Numbered from the stretch's first letter, positions 1 through 9,563 are shown. The stretch is DNA of 36,106 nucleotides from a virus (IMGVR_UViG_3300025676_000003:1-36106), one strand, 5' to 3'. The notes: generated by a model from the letters alone, not told the origin. Made by a program: numbers and translations.

Positions 1-99
1 AAAAGATAATCTTAAACCAGTAAATTCTGAATCACTTGTATTTGCCCTCAACATTGGCTCTCCCCTAACACTATCAAACATATTCCAATTTCCTGTCCC
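1..99. repeat. 99-bp terminal direct repeat (copy at 36008-36106); assembly overlap indicating a circular/complete contig
   Basis: Bases 1-99 are identical to 36008-36106, and the tail fibre reading frame continues across the junction. Confidence 0.95.
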
Positions 100-3000
100 A
101 CCTGCTGACCTTTTTACCATTACAAAGTCAGGTTGGAATCCTGTTGTAATACTTTGTGTACTACCATTTCCTGTATAACTTCCAAATTTTTGGTACCCTG
201 ATACTGAATGGAAACAGTAAAGTATTTGTGTTTCGCCACTTCTATTTGTATCTCCATTACCTAATGTAACAACTGTACTTGATGCAGCTGTATTATTAAA
301 AGGTGATGACCAGTTTGCTTGTGCTGCTGTGCTGTTCAATTCTAAAACATACCCTGATGATAATCCTGTATGTTGTACCCACCAACTTGTTGCCGAACCA
401 CTTAAACCTTTTGCTATTACCATATCTGGTGCAGCTGAAAGTCCGTGAGGAACTTGTTTACCTGATACACCATCACCTTCATATTTTATAATAGAGAATC
501 CAGCGTTAGCATTTGCACTAATTATAGTTTCTCCTGGAGCACCTAAAGTTAAATCATCATTATCAGCCGCAGTTTCCTCATATAAAGCTGTTACATTTTC
601 TTGTATTAATGCCGCATCATAAAATCTTAATTGGTCAATGTCCCCTGTAAAATCAGGAGTACCTCTATCTGTTCCAAGAGCTTTAGATGTAAAAGATATT
701 GAATCGTAAGTAGGGAAAGTACCAACATTAACACCGTCAACATAAGTTTTAGTATCCGCAGGTGTAAAATTAAATACAATATGATGCCAAGTATTTTCTG
801 TTATAATACCTGCTGATGTTAAATTGCTTTTAAAAGTACCACTATATTTAGTCAATAATAATAATGAACCATCTCCATACAATACTGGTCTAAAATAATT
901 GTTAGCATCTATCCAAGCAGAATATAACGAATAAGCTGTAGCACTTGTACCAGTTCCCATATCTGTAGCTTTCAGCCAAAAAGACATAGAAAAAGTTGAA
1001 CCGTGTAAACTATTGTTAAAATTTATTTCACTGCTATTACTTTCAACAAAAACTGCAGCTTTATTAAACTTTCCAGTTGTATAAGTTATATTTGAAGTCG
1101 TACCATTGTAATTTCCTCTAACATCATTGGCATTGTCCTCAAATTTATATACTGCTTTTGCTGCTCCTCCATAGATTGTCGGTTCGTTATCATCGGCTTT
1201 CCACGCCCAACCTACATAAGTGTCCCCATTTGCATTTTGAGCTCCACTTGTACCTATAGTAAATCCATCACTATCGAAACTTTGCAATCTATTTGTACCA
1301 CTTGTTTGTGCGTCAGTTAAGTTTGAAACAATTTGATTTCCTGCACCCCTTATAACATCAAACAATACGTGACCACTTGTGCTTGACCTTTCTTTTGTCC
1401 ATACAAAAGATGGTGAAAATCCTAAACCTGTAATTGACCTACCATCTTGACCATTACCAGTATAAGTAACCGTACTAAAACTTTTTGCTACTGTTGGTGC
1501 TTCTGTGTCAGGGTCTGCAGCAAATGCCATATAGATATAATTATCTCCATTAGCATTTACATATCCCTCTGTTCCTGATGGTTGAAACCCATTACTTAAA
1601 AAATCAAGTTGTGGTGCTGCAACACCTGCCGTTCCAGTTTCAGCAGAACTTTCATTAGCTAATACATATGAAAATCTTGGATTTGTAGTGTTTCTTTTAT
1701 TATCGTAAATCACCCAATTAGAAATTGTATTGGTTCTCTTTACCATAACCCAAGCAGGTTCAAATCCTGTTTCTATAATCGGTCCATTTGCATCTCCATT
1801 ACCTGTATATCCTCCAAACTTTGAAAAGGAATCGACATTTTTAAAAGCATACATTATATAATCATCGCCTTGGAGATTCCACGGTCCTAATGTTACTTTA
1901 GTTGCATCAGGAGCAGTTCCATTCCAAACATTTACACTACTTCCTTTAATAGCATTTTCTTGAAGTTGTAAATAATCATTACCACTTGTAAATGAATTAT
2001 GCCAAACCCACCAAGCCTGGTCAACAGCAGTAATTCTTTTCATTATAATAAAATCAGGAGTAGAATCTAATCCGTGAGTTGTTGTAGAACCACCTGTTGA
2101 GGTATTAGGAACAGTAAATTTAGTAATACAAAACCCTGCATCACTATTAAGTTGATGAGTTACATTTGAAATACTTCCTGTTCCAGTTCCTGATGTTGTA
2201 GTTCCTCCGTTTGCTTTTAGACACCAAGCTACATAATCATCTCCATTTCTGTTTTCTCCTGCTCCTGAACCTAATGTAAATCCACCTGTATCAAACGAAG
2301 TTACTCCTGTATCTGCATATTGTGGTGCTTGTAAGTTTGTATTCATTGTGACAGAATCTCCTCTTGTAGTATCAAATATAAAATTATTATCAGCACTTGT
2401 TCTGCCCTTTATCCAAATAAAATCAGGAGTAAACCCAAGTCCATACTCATAAGTAACATTCGTTGCAGTACCATCATAATTTCTTGTGTCATCATTTGCA
2501 TTCCCTTCAAATCTATAAGAAGCTACAAGTGAGTTTTCTTGATATAATGTAGTTACTTCACTTGCTGATATTGCTTTGTTGAACACTCTTACTTGGTCTA
2601 TTTTACCGTCTGTTGGGTATTCAAAAGTTCCTGGGTTTGTTGATTGATAAGCACCAATAAAGGAGTTACCAGACATAGTTTGTAAGTTTCCTGTAGCAGC
2701 AGATTCAGTACCTTGTAATACATTGTTCATATAAAATTTAAACCCATCAGTGCTCGATACAGTTATTACTGCGTGATACCAAGTATTAGTAGTTATTGTC
2801 CCACTATTTATAACATAAGCAGTGCTTGGCGCAATTTGTATTGATGCTTGTACTTTATTAGTGTCATTACGAGCCAATATATAAGTATAATAATCCTCTT
2901 GTGAAGAAAATAAATTATTAAGTGCAGATAAAGAATTTAAATTAAACCATAAAGAAACAGTAAAGTTTTGCTGAAATACTGAACCAAATGAGCCTATGTC

Positions 3001-3879
3001 CACATTACTACTACTACCATTAAAACTTGCTGCTTGTCCATATCTTCCTACTGCATATTGAATCTCTGTTCCAGTTCCATCGTAGTTACCACTTAAATCT
3101 GTTTCATCATTTTCAAATCTATAAGTAGCAATACAAGATGTATCACCAAGTACTTGTAGTGTGTCTGTTGTATCTTCTGATAGTGGGTCTAATGATTCTA
3201 CTGTTTCTACTGTTTCTGCATATAGTGTTGAAACTTCTGATGATGATAGGGCTTTTTGAAATACTCTAACTTGGTCCATCTTACCAATAAAGTCGCTGTA
3301 TATTGTTCCAGCACCAAATTGAAATCCCCCTATATCTAAAGTTGTTGATGATGATACTTGAGTGTCAGCAGTTAAAGTAACACTTGCTTCAAGTGAACCA
3401 TTTATATATAATTTTAATACAGAATTATCTCTTACTGCTGCAATGTGAACCCAAGTTGTCATTGGTGCATTAAAAGTACTTGTTGATTCTATATATTGTG
3501 TTTGATGTGTAAACCTAATTTTTTTACTTGCACTTCTAAAATCAAGTATTATAGCAGCATAGCTTGGAGAATAAACATTATAGTTACCTATATAAAAAAT
3601 TGTATTATCACCTTGTGGATAACTGTGAATTTGAGCCCAACAAGAAAAAGAAAAATCTACAGTTCTATCATTTAAATCACTAACAAAATTAATTGTTGAT
3701 AAACCAGTATCAATCACACTATCACCAGCAAAATAAGCAGCTGCACCAAACTTACCTCCGTTAATAGAATGTGATGTAGAACCATCTCCTTCGTATAATG
3801 CTACTCCAAAATGTTCGCTTGGTGTTAATGTACTACTTGCAGTAGCACCTGCACCAATTAATCTTTTATTTAAACCCAT
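1..3879 (-). CDS. Large tail fibre/receptor-binding protein (~1322 aa, spans the origin and ends at 35918); LamG/concanavalin-A-like domains plus repeated GFxPDFVWxKxR modules
   Basis: ATG at 3879 gives MGLNKRLIGAGATASSTLTPSEHFGVALYEGDG. It is absent from the ORF track, consistent with no stop before the window edge; I translated both ends and internal motifs by hand. LamG-type motifs (WVHIAAVR, GKMDQVRVFQKALSSSEV, GKIDQVRVFNKAISASEV, GDIDQLRFY) and modules GFTPDFIWIKGR, GFEPAWVMVKR, GFSPSFVWTKER, GFQPDFVMVKR. Confidence 0.85.
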   Translation of the reverse strand, partial: MGLNKRLIGAGATASSTLTPSEHFGVALYEGDGSTSHSINGGKFGAAAYFAGDSVIDTGLSTINFVSDLNDRTVDFSFSCWAQIHSYPQGDNTIFYIGNYNVYSPSYAAIILDFRSASKKIRFTHQTQYIESTSTFNAPMTTWVHIAAVRDNSVLKLYINGSLEASVTLTADTQVSSSTTLDIGGFQFGAGTIYSDFIGKMDQVRVFQKALSSSEVSTLYAETVETVESLDPLSEDTTDTLQVLGDTSCIATYRFENDETDLSGNYDGTGTEIQYAVGRYGQAASFNGSSSNVDIGSFGSVFQQNFTVSLWFNLNSLSALNNLFSSQEDYYTYILARNDTNKVQASIQIAPSTAYVINSGTITTNTWYHAVITVSSTDGFKFYMNNVLQGTESAATGNLQTMSGNSFIGAYQSTNPGTFEYPTDGKIDQVRVFNKAISASEVTTLYQENSLVASYRFEGNANDDTRNYDGTATNVTYEYGLGFTPDFIWIKGRTSADNNFIFDTTRGDSVTMNTNLQAPQYADTGVTSFDTGGFTLGSGAGENRNGDDYVAWCLKANGGTTTSGTGTGSISNVTHQLNSDAGFCITKFTVPNTSTGGSTTTHGLDSTPDFIIMKRITAVDQAWWVWHNSFTSGNDYLQLQENAIKGSSVNVWNGTAPDATKVTLGPWNLQGDDYIMYAFKNVDSFSKFGGYTGNGDANGPIIETGFEPAWVMVKRTNTISNWVIYDNKRNTTNPRFSYVLANESSAETGTAGVAAPQLDFLSNGFQPSGTEGYVNANGDNYIYMAFAADPDTEAPTVAKSFSTVTYTGNGQDGRSITGLGFSPSFVWTKERSSTSGHVLFDVIRGAGNQIVSNLTDAQTSGTNRLQSFDSDGFTIGTSGAQNANGDTYVGWAWKADDNEPTIYGGAAKAVYKFEDNANDVRGNYNGTTSNITYTTGKFNKAAVFVESNSSEINFNNSLHGSTFSMSFWLKATDMGTGTSATAYSLYSAWIDANNYFRPVLYGDGSLLLLTKYSGTFKSNLTSAGIITENTWHHIVFNFTPADTKTYVDGVNVGTFPTYDSISFTSKALGTDRGTPDFTGDIDQLRFYDAALIQENVTALYEETAADNDDLTLGAPGETIISANANAGFSIIKYEGDGVSGKQVPHGLSAAPDMVIAKGLSGSATSWWVQHTGLSSGYVLELNSTAAQANWSSPFNNTAASSTVVTLGNGDTNRSGETQILYCFHSVSGYQKFGSYTGNGSTQSITTGFQPDFVMVKRSAGGTGNWNMFDSVRGEPMLRANTSDSEFTGLRLSF

Positions 3880-3882
3880 TTA

Positions 3883-4362
3883 TTAAATGTTTGGGAAATC
3901 GTATGTAATAACTTTTGCTTTAGTAGTTAGTGCATTTATTTCCGATTCAACTGTATCTGATAATTCTCTTAAAGCTACTCTTGCATCTACAACATCTGCT
4001 GGTACATCTGCTCCATTATCTGCTTCTCTAATTATATACCAGTCAGTCTTTGCAAGTTCACCACCAATTCTACTTTTAAAGTTGCTAATTGATTGCTCTT
4101 TTAATTCGCTTACTGATTTATCAAATGACTTATTAGATTTGTCTTTTTTGAATACTGTTGCCCCTGTGTCCCAATATATCTCACCTAAATCGTGTATTCT
4201 TGAATCATAACTATCATCTATGATTACATCAAAAAGTCCATTGTCTTTCATATCTTGACTTGACCAACCTTTTACGTTTAAATGTAAACCAGTTGATGAC
4301 CTAAATGAATTTGGTACTGACTGATAAAATGTTATAATTCCTGCGTTATTTACTGCTTTCAT
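3883..4362 (-). CDS. Tail fibre-associated protein / tail fibre assembly chaperone-like
   Basis: C-terminal ELAKTDWYIIREAD...VPADV..ARVALR motif is typical of phage tail fibre assembly chaperones; lies next to the fibre gene. Confidence 0.65.
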   Translation of the reverse strand: MKAVNNAGIITFYQSVPNSFRSSTGLHLNVKGWSSQDMKDNGLFDVIIDDSYDSRIHDLGEIYWDTGATVFKKDKSNKSFDKSVSELKEQSISNFKSRIGGELAKTDWYIIREADNGADVPADVVDARVALRELSDTVESEINALTTKAKVITYDFPNI

Positions 4363-4364
4363 AA

Positions 4365-4982
4365 TTATGCTACTTTATTTATTGTTGCGAATTGCTCTGT
4401 GTTTCCATTTGTAGAAACTATACTTATTAAATTTTCTCCAGTTCCATCATACGTTGAAGCATTTGTAAGTTCTTTAACACTTGTCGGTAAAGTTAAAGTG
4501 TAGTTACCACTAATAACTAAATTAACTTGCATTCCAGTCGATACATTAGCAAATGTTAAAGTTGTGTTTGCTCCTAATGTTTTAGTAAATGTTGTAGCAG
4601 TTGCCCAATCTACTTCAGTACCACTTAATGCTGCTGCTGTTGTGAATTCTGCACCTAATTTTGCATAAGTTACATTATCATCAGCAATTTTAGCCGTTGT
4701 TACATTTGAATCTACTATAGAAGCGGTTACTACTGCGTCTGCTGCTAATTCATCAGCTCCAACGGCATCATCAGCTAGCATACTATTTTCTACTGCTCCT
4801 GCAGCTATTGTTAAAGCACCTGCTGATACAGTTGCATCTCCACTTACTGCAAGTGTTGTGCCATCACCAAAAAGTGAATATATTTCGTTAATATTTGAAT
4901 TTGTTGATTGCATTGCAGTTCTTAATGGATCTCCTGTTCCATCATTAGCTGAACTTCCTACGTTAATTGCTGTTTTTGCCAT
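4365..4982 (-). CDS. Fibre/spike protein with T4 gp9/gp10-like N-terminus and VTxAKIAD repeats
   Basis: MAKTAINVGSSANDGTGDPLRTA..NSNINEIY resembles the T4 gp10 N-terminus (INIG..DDGTGD.LR...N.NF.ELY); ~10-aa repeats AVENSMLADD/AVGADELAAD/NVTTAKIADD. Confidence 0.7.
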   Translation of the reverse strand: MAKTAINVGSSANDGTGDPLRTAMQSTNSNINEIYSLFGDGTTLAVSGDATVSAGALTIAAGAVENSMLADDAVGADELAADAVVTASIVDSNVTTAKIADDNVTYAKLGAEFTTAAALSGTEVDWATATTFTKTLGANTTLTFANVSTGMQVNLVISGNYTLTLPTSVKELTNASTYDGTGENLISIVSTNGNTEQFATINKVA

Positions 4983-4993
4983 TTTATTTTATT

Positions 4994-5161
4994 TTAATAT
5001 ACTGTTGCGTCTACTGTTAATGTTGAACTATCGGATGTAAATAATGTTGTGTCAACTGTCAATGTTGATCCATCTGCATCAAAAGGGTAAATATCACCCC
5101 ATCCATTTGCTTCATTAACACTCCCAAACCAACTTACACTATATATTTCTCCGAACCCCAT
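4994..5161 (-). CDS. 55-aa small virion protein, MGFGEIYSVSWFG..NGWGDIYP followed by a TLTVDTT..TSDSSTLTVD tail
   Basis: Hand translation; fills the gap between genes and is paralogous to the upstream 27-aa ORF. Confidence 0.75.
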   Translation of the reverse strand: MGFGEIYSVSWFGSVNEANGWGDIYPFDADGSTLTVDTTLFTSDSSTLTVDATVY

Positions 5162-5165
5162 TTTC

Positions 5166-5249
5166 TTATACTGGATAAATTATTCCCCAATTATTAGATT
5201 CACTATCATTCCCCCACCAGCTATCATCATATATTGACCCGAATGACAT
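5166..5249 (-). CDS. 27-aa micro-protein MSFGSIYDDSWWGNDSESNNWGIIYPV
   Basis: Hand translation; AAAAAATG start directly after a late-promoter motif; shares the FGxIYxxSWxG/WGxIYP motif with the next ORF. Confidence 0.65.
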   Translation of the reverse strand: MSFGSIYDDSWWGNDSESNNWGIIYPV

Positions 5250-5262
5250 TTTTTATCTTTTC

Positions 5263-5290
5263 TATATAACTCTTTAATTTGATTTCGTTC
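5263..5290 (-). promoter_or_regulatory. Candidate phage late promoter GAAC-N16-GTTATATA
   Basis: Matches the motif found upstream of five other structural genes. Confidence 0.55.
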
Positions 5291-5321
5291 TCTTTTTTTG
5301 GTTTATATGTTTTTTTCTTTC

Positions 5322-5819
5322 TTATAGTACCCATCCTGTCATATTTTGATCTCTTTCTGGGTACATTCCACCATCTTGATTAGTTGTAAACTCAGGATAC
5401 AACTCACTATTTGAATTCATATAACCAATAAACCTTTGTGTATAGAAATCTGCAGTAGTTTTAGCTTGATGTACTAAATTATTTATTTCTTCAAGTGATG
5501 CTGAATCACTGTTTTCTGATCTATGTTTAAATACACCTCCATTGCTAATCTGAAATGCTGCATATTTCATATATTCTGATTGACTAAACCAAATAAGCAT
5601 TGGTTTTAAATATGTGTTTACAAGAGTTAAATAGTCTCCAGATAAAGAACTAGCAACTACATCTGATTGTAATTTATCATATAAAGCTGTACCTAATTGC
5701 GTTTGTATATAAGTGTCTTGTGCTACCTCAACAAACTGTATAAGTTTATCAGTATCTACATTACCATCTATAATAGATTTTCTTTTTAATTCTTCTAGTG
5801 TAATAAATAATGCTTTCAT
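5322..5819 (-). CDS. Head-tail adaptor/connector protein
   Basis: Follows the portal with an ATGA overlap; ALFIT..LKR.SII.GNVD.DKL..FVEVAQD..IQ..LGT.LY pattern is typical of Bacteroidota phage adaptors. Confidence 0.65.
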   Translation of the reverse strand: MKALFITLEELKRKSIIDGNVDTDKLIQFVEVAQDTYIQTQLGTALYDKLQSDVVASSLSGDYLTLVNTYLKPMLIWFSQSEYMKYAAFQISNGGVFKHRSENSDSASLEEINNLVHQAKTTADFYTQRFIGYMNSNSELYPEFTTNQDGGMYPERDQNMTGWVL

Positions 5820-7549
5820 TTTTTATAATTTGGATGATGTCCTCTGTTTGCCATATCTTTTGGTGCTATATTAATTTCACTTGGGTTGATCGGCTCTCTT
5901 AAACCATCTGCTATTGCTTCTGACTCACTAACAAGGTCTTTATTTGACACTTTCTTTTTATAAACCTTTAATTCCCAAAAGTGATGACAATTAACACCTC
6001 CTTTAAATTTAAATAAAGAGTAATTTTGTCCTTTATGACCTAACTCTTTATTTACACCTTTAAAAGACATCATATTTATATCTTCTTTTCTAAATACAAG
6101 GTTTTGTGCTGTTAATGATTCCATTTTAACACAAAATCTTCTACTATTAATAGAATTTCTTACAGGACCATAAGAGTAACGAACCTTATATGTTGAATTA
6201 TCCTGTGATGAAACCTTATTAGGTTTAGCGTCATCTTTTGATACTTCAGCAAGTTTAGTAAAGTCAAACTCTGTTTCTGCGTCTTCTACTTTTTCTGTAT
6301 GTATTAACTCCCAGTCACTGTCATCAATCTTTTCCCCTAAAGACTCTAATTGTGATAAGATGTCATCACCTTCTTCATCTGTAAAATCTTCTTTTTCTTG
6401 ACTTGATAGTTTTTCACCAGTTTCTTCCTCTCTTTTAATTTTAGTCTCAATGTTATCAAGCTGCGTAAACTCAATTGGTTGTAGAGTAATAAAGTATAAG
6501 TTTAAGTTTATACCATTAAACGATAACAGCTCATTAAATGAGTTGATTAGTTGGGTCTGAAATGGTCTTATTACAATGTTATCCATTAAAACACTTGCTG
6601 TTCTTAATTCTTCTGCATTATTACCAAAACCAGTATTATCTTTAATACCAAGTAGTATTGGAGATACAACACCGTGACCAATCATTATTTTTTCTCTTGA
6701 CTCTTTTGCTAAAAAGTCATATTGTGCGTGAGCATCTGGTAGATGAATAGGTTCAACAGTTGACTGATTTTCTACGTTATCGTTAAATGCTAATATAAAC
6801 CTACCTGCATTTGATGTACCACTAAACTTTTCGTAGATCTTTCTCTCTATCATTTCCTGTGCCTCATCACCTGGAATACCATTGTTAAAGTTTAATAGTA
6901 AAGAGGGCTGTAATCCATTCTGTATGTTATTAATGTGATAATTAGAAACTTCTTCCTCTAAATTACAATATTGTAAACATCCTTGATAATCAACTGGAGA
7001 GTAATAATAGAAACCAGCTCTATACGGCTTTACACAGTATATCTCTACACTTTCACTCTTTTTACCAAACTTATATGCTGGAAATCTTTTAGGCTTGTCA
7101 GAAGGCTTTATTTCGCTCCATTTAGGGTGATAGTAATATGCTTTTATTTTACCGTCTTTTGCTTTTTCCGCTCTTAATGTTTCAGTAGGAAAATGCTTTA
7201 ACTGCATTATCTTTGTTTTGCTCTTGTTATATACAACTTGTATAGATGCTTGACCTAAAAGCTTTAAATCTCCAGCGATCCTTCTTACATCTACATCTTT
7301 TAGTATTTGTTGCATTTGACCAAATTGAACAGAATTATCTTCTGAATCTGTTGCATTTAATCCTCTACCATAAATTAAATCTGTAATACCATTAATACAT
7401 CTTGAGTTTGTTGGACTTCCTGTGTATCTATCTATGATATCTCTAAAATAGTTGTTATTGTCACCATATTCAACCCAATCATATCTAGTTGACTCTTTTA
7501 TACTTGGCACTTCGTACCCAGATAAATTTATTACTTTTATTTTACTCAT
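5816..7549 (-). CDS. Portal protein with C-terminal acidic linker and Cys/His extension
   Basis: Portal-like motifs (SPTNSRCINGI..LIYGRGL; NNIQNGLQPS..LNFNNG; KFSGTSNAGRF; HGVVSP.LLGI..NTGFGNNAEEL..A..VIRPFQ). Confidence 0.85.
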   Translation of the reverse strand: MSKIKVINLSGYEVPSIKESTRYDWVEYGDNNNYFRDIIDRYTGSPTNSRCINGITDLIYGRGLNATDSEDNSVQFGQMQQILKDVDVRRIAGDLKLLGQASIQVVYNKSKTKIMQLKHFPTETLRAEKAKDGKIKAYYYHPKWSEIKPSDKPKRFPAYKFGKKSESVEIYCVKPYRAGFYYYSPVDYQGCLQYCNLEEEVSNYHINNIQNGLQPSLLLNFNNGIPGDEAQEMIERKIYEKFSGTSNAGRFILAFNDNVENQSTVEPIHLPDAHAQYDFLAKESREKIMIGHGVVSPILLGIKDNTGFGNNAEELRTASVLMDNIVIRPFQTQLINSFNELLSFNGINLNLYFITLQPIEFTQLDNIETKIKREEETGEKLSSQEKEDFTDEEGDDILSQLESLGEKIDDSDWELIHTEKVEDAETEFDFTKLAEVSKDDAKPNKVSSQDNSTYKVRYSYGPVRNSINSRRFCVKMESLTAQNLVFRKEDINMMSFKGVNKELGHKGQNYSLFKFKGGVNCHHFWELKVYKKKVSNKDLVSESEAIADGLREPINPSEINIAPKDMANRGHHPNYKK

Positions 7550-7911
7550 AATATTATGTATTTTTGGTCATCCGTATCAGTACCAATATACTCATCGTAT
7601 TTATTACTATTTAAAGTGTGGTTTGTTGTATTATCGGTTTGTGATGTACAATAACCTTTACCTCTATACAATAATGTACTTGCTTGTTTTAACTCAAAAG
7701 AATAACTGTTTTCAGCTGTTAAAATACTAAAAGCTATAGACATCTCCAAGTAATTACCATTAGATGATAATGAAGATGTTATGTCATTTATTGTTTGAGT
7801 TTTTCTTGTTCCGTCTTCTACAATAACCATAGACAAGTCACTTGCAACAGTATAAACTCTTGGTATTATACTAATTGATTGAGATGATGCTGTTGGTGAT
7901 AATCTTATCAT
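7546..7911 (-). CDS. Hypothetical virion structural protein (121 aa, beta-rich)
   Basis: Lies between tail tube and portal, has its own late-promoter motif and an ATGA overlap with the portal. Confidence 0.6.
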   Translation of the reverse strand: MIRLSPTASSQSISIIPRVYTVASDLSMVIVEDGTRKTQTINDITSSLSSNGNYLEMSIAFSILTAENSYSFELKQASTLLYRGKGYCTSQTDNTTNHTLNSNKYDEYIGTDTDDQKYIIL

Positions 7912-7914
7912 ACC

Positions 7915-7943
7915 TATATAACCTATTATGTTGAATTATGTTC
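7915..7943 (-). promoter_or_regulatory. Candidate phage late promoter GAAC-N17-GTTATATA, 3 nt before ATG
   Basis: Minus strand reads TGAACATAATTCAACATAATAGGTTATATAGGTATG. Confidence 0.6.
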
Positions 7944-7974
7944 AAAAAAAAAGAGGACTGTTAAAGTCCCCTTT
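7944..7974 (-). terminator. Rho-independent terminator after the tail tube gene
   Basis: GGGGACT-TTAAC-AGTCCTC followed by T9. Confidence 0.8.
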
Positions 7975-7999
7975 CTATGTTTAAGAAAATCCTCTATGT

Positions 8000-8548
8000 T
8001 TAAGAGTTGGTTCCAGCTGTTACTGTTACCGTAGCTGACGCCATACCTGCATATGGATCTGCTGAAGTTGGTGAATCTACAAAATTAGCTGGAGTAGTTT
8101 CCATTCCAGTTAATGTTAATGTATATCCACTTAAATCTCCCATTGCGGCACCAGTTACAATTGTACCTCCTGATACGTCTGCACCATTAGATAAACCCAT
8201 AACCATTACGTTTCCATTATAATCTTCAATAGCAACGTGTGGTCTTCCATAAGCTAATAATTTTAACTCTTTATTATCTTCTTTAGATAACTTATGTAAA
8301 GTTAAATTTAATGTTTGCTCATAAAATGTAGTTCCGTTTTCTCTTGAAGAGTTTACTGTTTGTTCTAAGGATGAGTTTCCTTTCACTTCATATTTAAATG
8401 CTGTAAAAGTACCAGACATATCGGTAATTTCATCAGCTGTAAGTGTTACAGTCCCTAAATCTCCGAAATCAGTAAAATAAACATTTTTTATTCCACCAAC
8501 GACATCTTTACAAGGTTCTTTTCTTCCTAAAGTTAAATCACAAGCCAT
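8000..8548 (-). CDS. Major tail tube protein
   Basis: MACDLTLGRKEPCKDVVGGIKNVYF...SRENGTTFYEQTLNLTL...GAAMGDLSGYTLTLTGME resembles flavobacterial siphovirus tail tubes; follows the capsid gene. Confidence 0.7.
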   Translation of the reverse strand: MACDLTLGRKEPCKDVVGGIKNVYFTDFGDLGTVTLTADEITDMSGTFTAFKYEVKGNSSLEQTVNSSRENGTTFYEQTLNLTLHKLSKEDNKELKLLAYGRPHVAIEDYNGNVMVMGLSNGADVSGGTIVTGAAMGDLSGYTLTLTGMETTPANFVDSPTSADPYAGMASATVTVTAGTNS

Positions 8549-8566
8549 AATTTTTAATTTTTATAT

Positions 8567-8604
8567 AAAAAAAGGGCGGTAGGCTTAGAGCTTACCTACC
8601 CTTT
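8567..8604 (-). terminator. Rho-independent terminator after the major capsid gene
   Basis: AAAGGGTAGGTAAGC-TCTAA-GCCTACCGCCC followed by T7. Confidence 0.7.
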
Positions 8605-8627
8605 CTTAAGTTGAACAATTTATTTTA

Positions 8628-9563
8628 CTATGCTGTAGCGTATAATACTACGTCACCACCAATTCCGTGCTGTATTCCAGCCGTGAACCTCATAATAACT
8701 CTCACATTTTGAGAACCATCTAAATCTGCCATATCAATCACTTTTACCTCGTTTTGGTCAGATAATAGACCTGTTCCAAAGAATAAGTTTGATTTTTGTG
8801 CTGCTACAGCATCGCTATCAGATAATCCTGGAGCTAATGCAATTTGAATACCATCAAATTGAAGACCAGAACCATTGTTATACCATTGTGTACCTTGATT
8901 GTTTGTACCTGCAGCTCCTAATCCTGAAGCACCAAATCCACCTAAAGCTCTAACGTAGTTTCTGTACATATTAGAAGGTAAGTAGATAGTCATATCTTCT
9001 GAACCATATACAGCAGAAGGAATAGCGTCAGCTATCTTACCAAGCTCTGTAATAATGTTAGCTGCTGTTGATGCTGTACCTGTTACGTCATTAACGTCAC
9101 CATCAGCACCTAAAGTAGTGATGAATCCATCAAATTGACCAGCAGTTGCGTCAGTACCTGTCCAGATGTTAGTTTCGATTCTTTGAGCTACTTTATCTGC
9201 TACGTGAGCAATTAAAAAGTCAGAGAAAGAAGATGGTAAGTTGTCAAATGCAGAATATCCCATTTGTACTGCTTCCCAGTCGCTTCTAAAGTCTTTCTTA
9301 CATAATTCTAAGTTTACTTGAAACTCTTCTGGTGTAAGAATTCTTTCAGTAAGAGTAAGTGTTGATGTGTCATCAAAATCACAGGTTGCATTTTTAACGA
9401 TGCCATCTGTTGCCACTTTTTTCATTACTTGTTTATATTTAACATTTGGTACTACTGTAATATTCCCATCTGCCAAAGTTTTACCTGATAATAAAGCTGC
9501 AGAAATATATTTCCCAGCAAATTCACCAGCGTAAGTAGTAGTTATTGAAGTTGTTGTTGCCAT
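8628..9563 (-). CDS. Major capsid protein (HK97 fold)
   Basis: 311 aa after the protease and scaffold, followed by a terminator; TTYAGEFAGKYI.AALLSG.TL, LTERILTPEEFQVNLELCK and IDMADLDGSQNVRVIMRFTAG motifs. Confidence 0.85.
   Translation of the reverse strand: MATTTSITTTYAGEFAGKYISAALLSGKTLADGNITVVPNVKYKQVMKKVATDGIVKNATCDFDDTSTLTLTERILTPEEFQVNLELCKKDFRSDWEAVQMGYSAFDNLPSSFSDFLIAHVADKVAQRIETNIWTGTDATAGQFDGFITTLGADGDVNDVTGTASTAANIITELGKIADAIPSAVYGSEDMTIYLPSNMYRNYVRALGGFGASGLGAAGTNNQGTQWYNNGSGLQFDGIQIALAPGLSDSDAVAAQKSNLFFGTGLLSDQNEVKVIDMADLDGSQNVRVIMRFTAGIQHGIGGDVVLYATA

Noticed and set aside
1-3879. DGR target or shufflon in the fibre gene
   Set aside because: No reverse transcriptase or invertase, and no near-identical template repeat seen; repeats are diverged and visible only at protein level.
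5231-5325. Possible short basic ORF after the adaptor gene (..KKTYKPKKENEIKLKSYIEKI..)
   Set aside because: No clear in-frame ATG identified, and the region is explained by a late promoter.
7909-7936. XerCD dif-like site (TTATGTTGAAT arm)
   Set aside because: No proper XerC arm at 6-bp spacing; better explained as a late promoter plus an array-motif copy.
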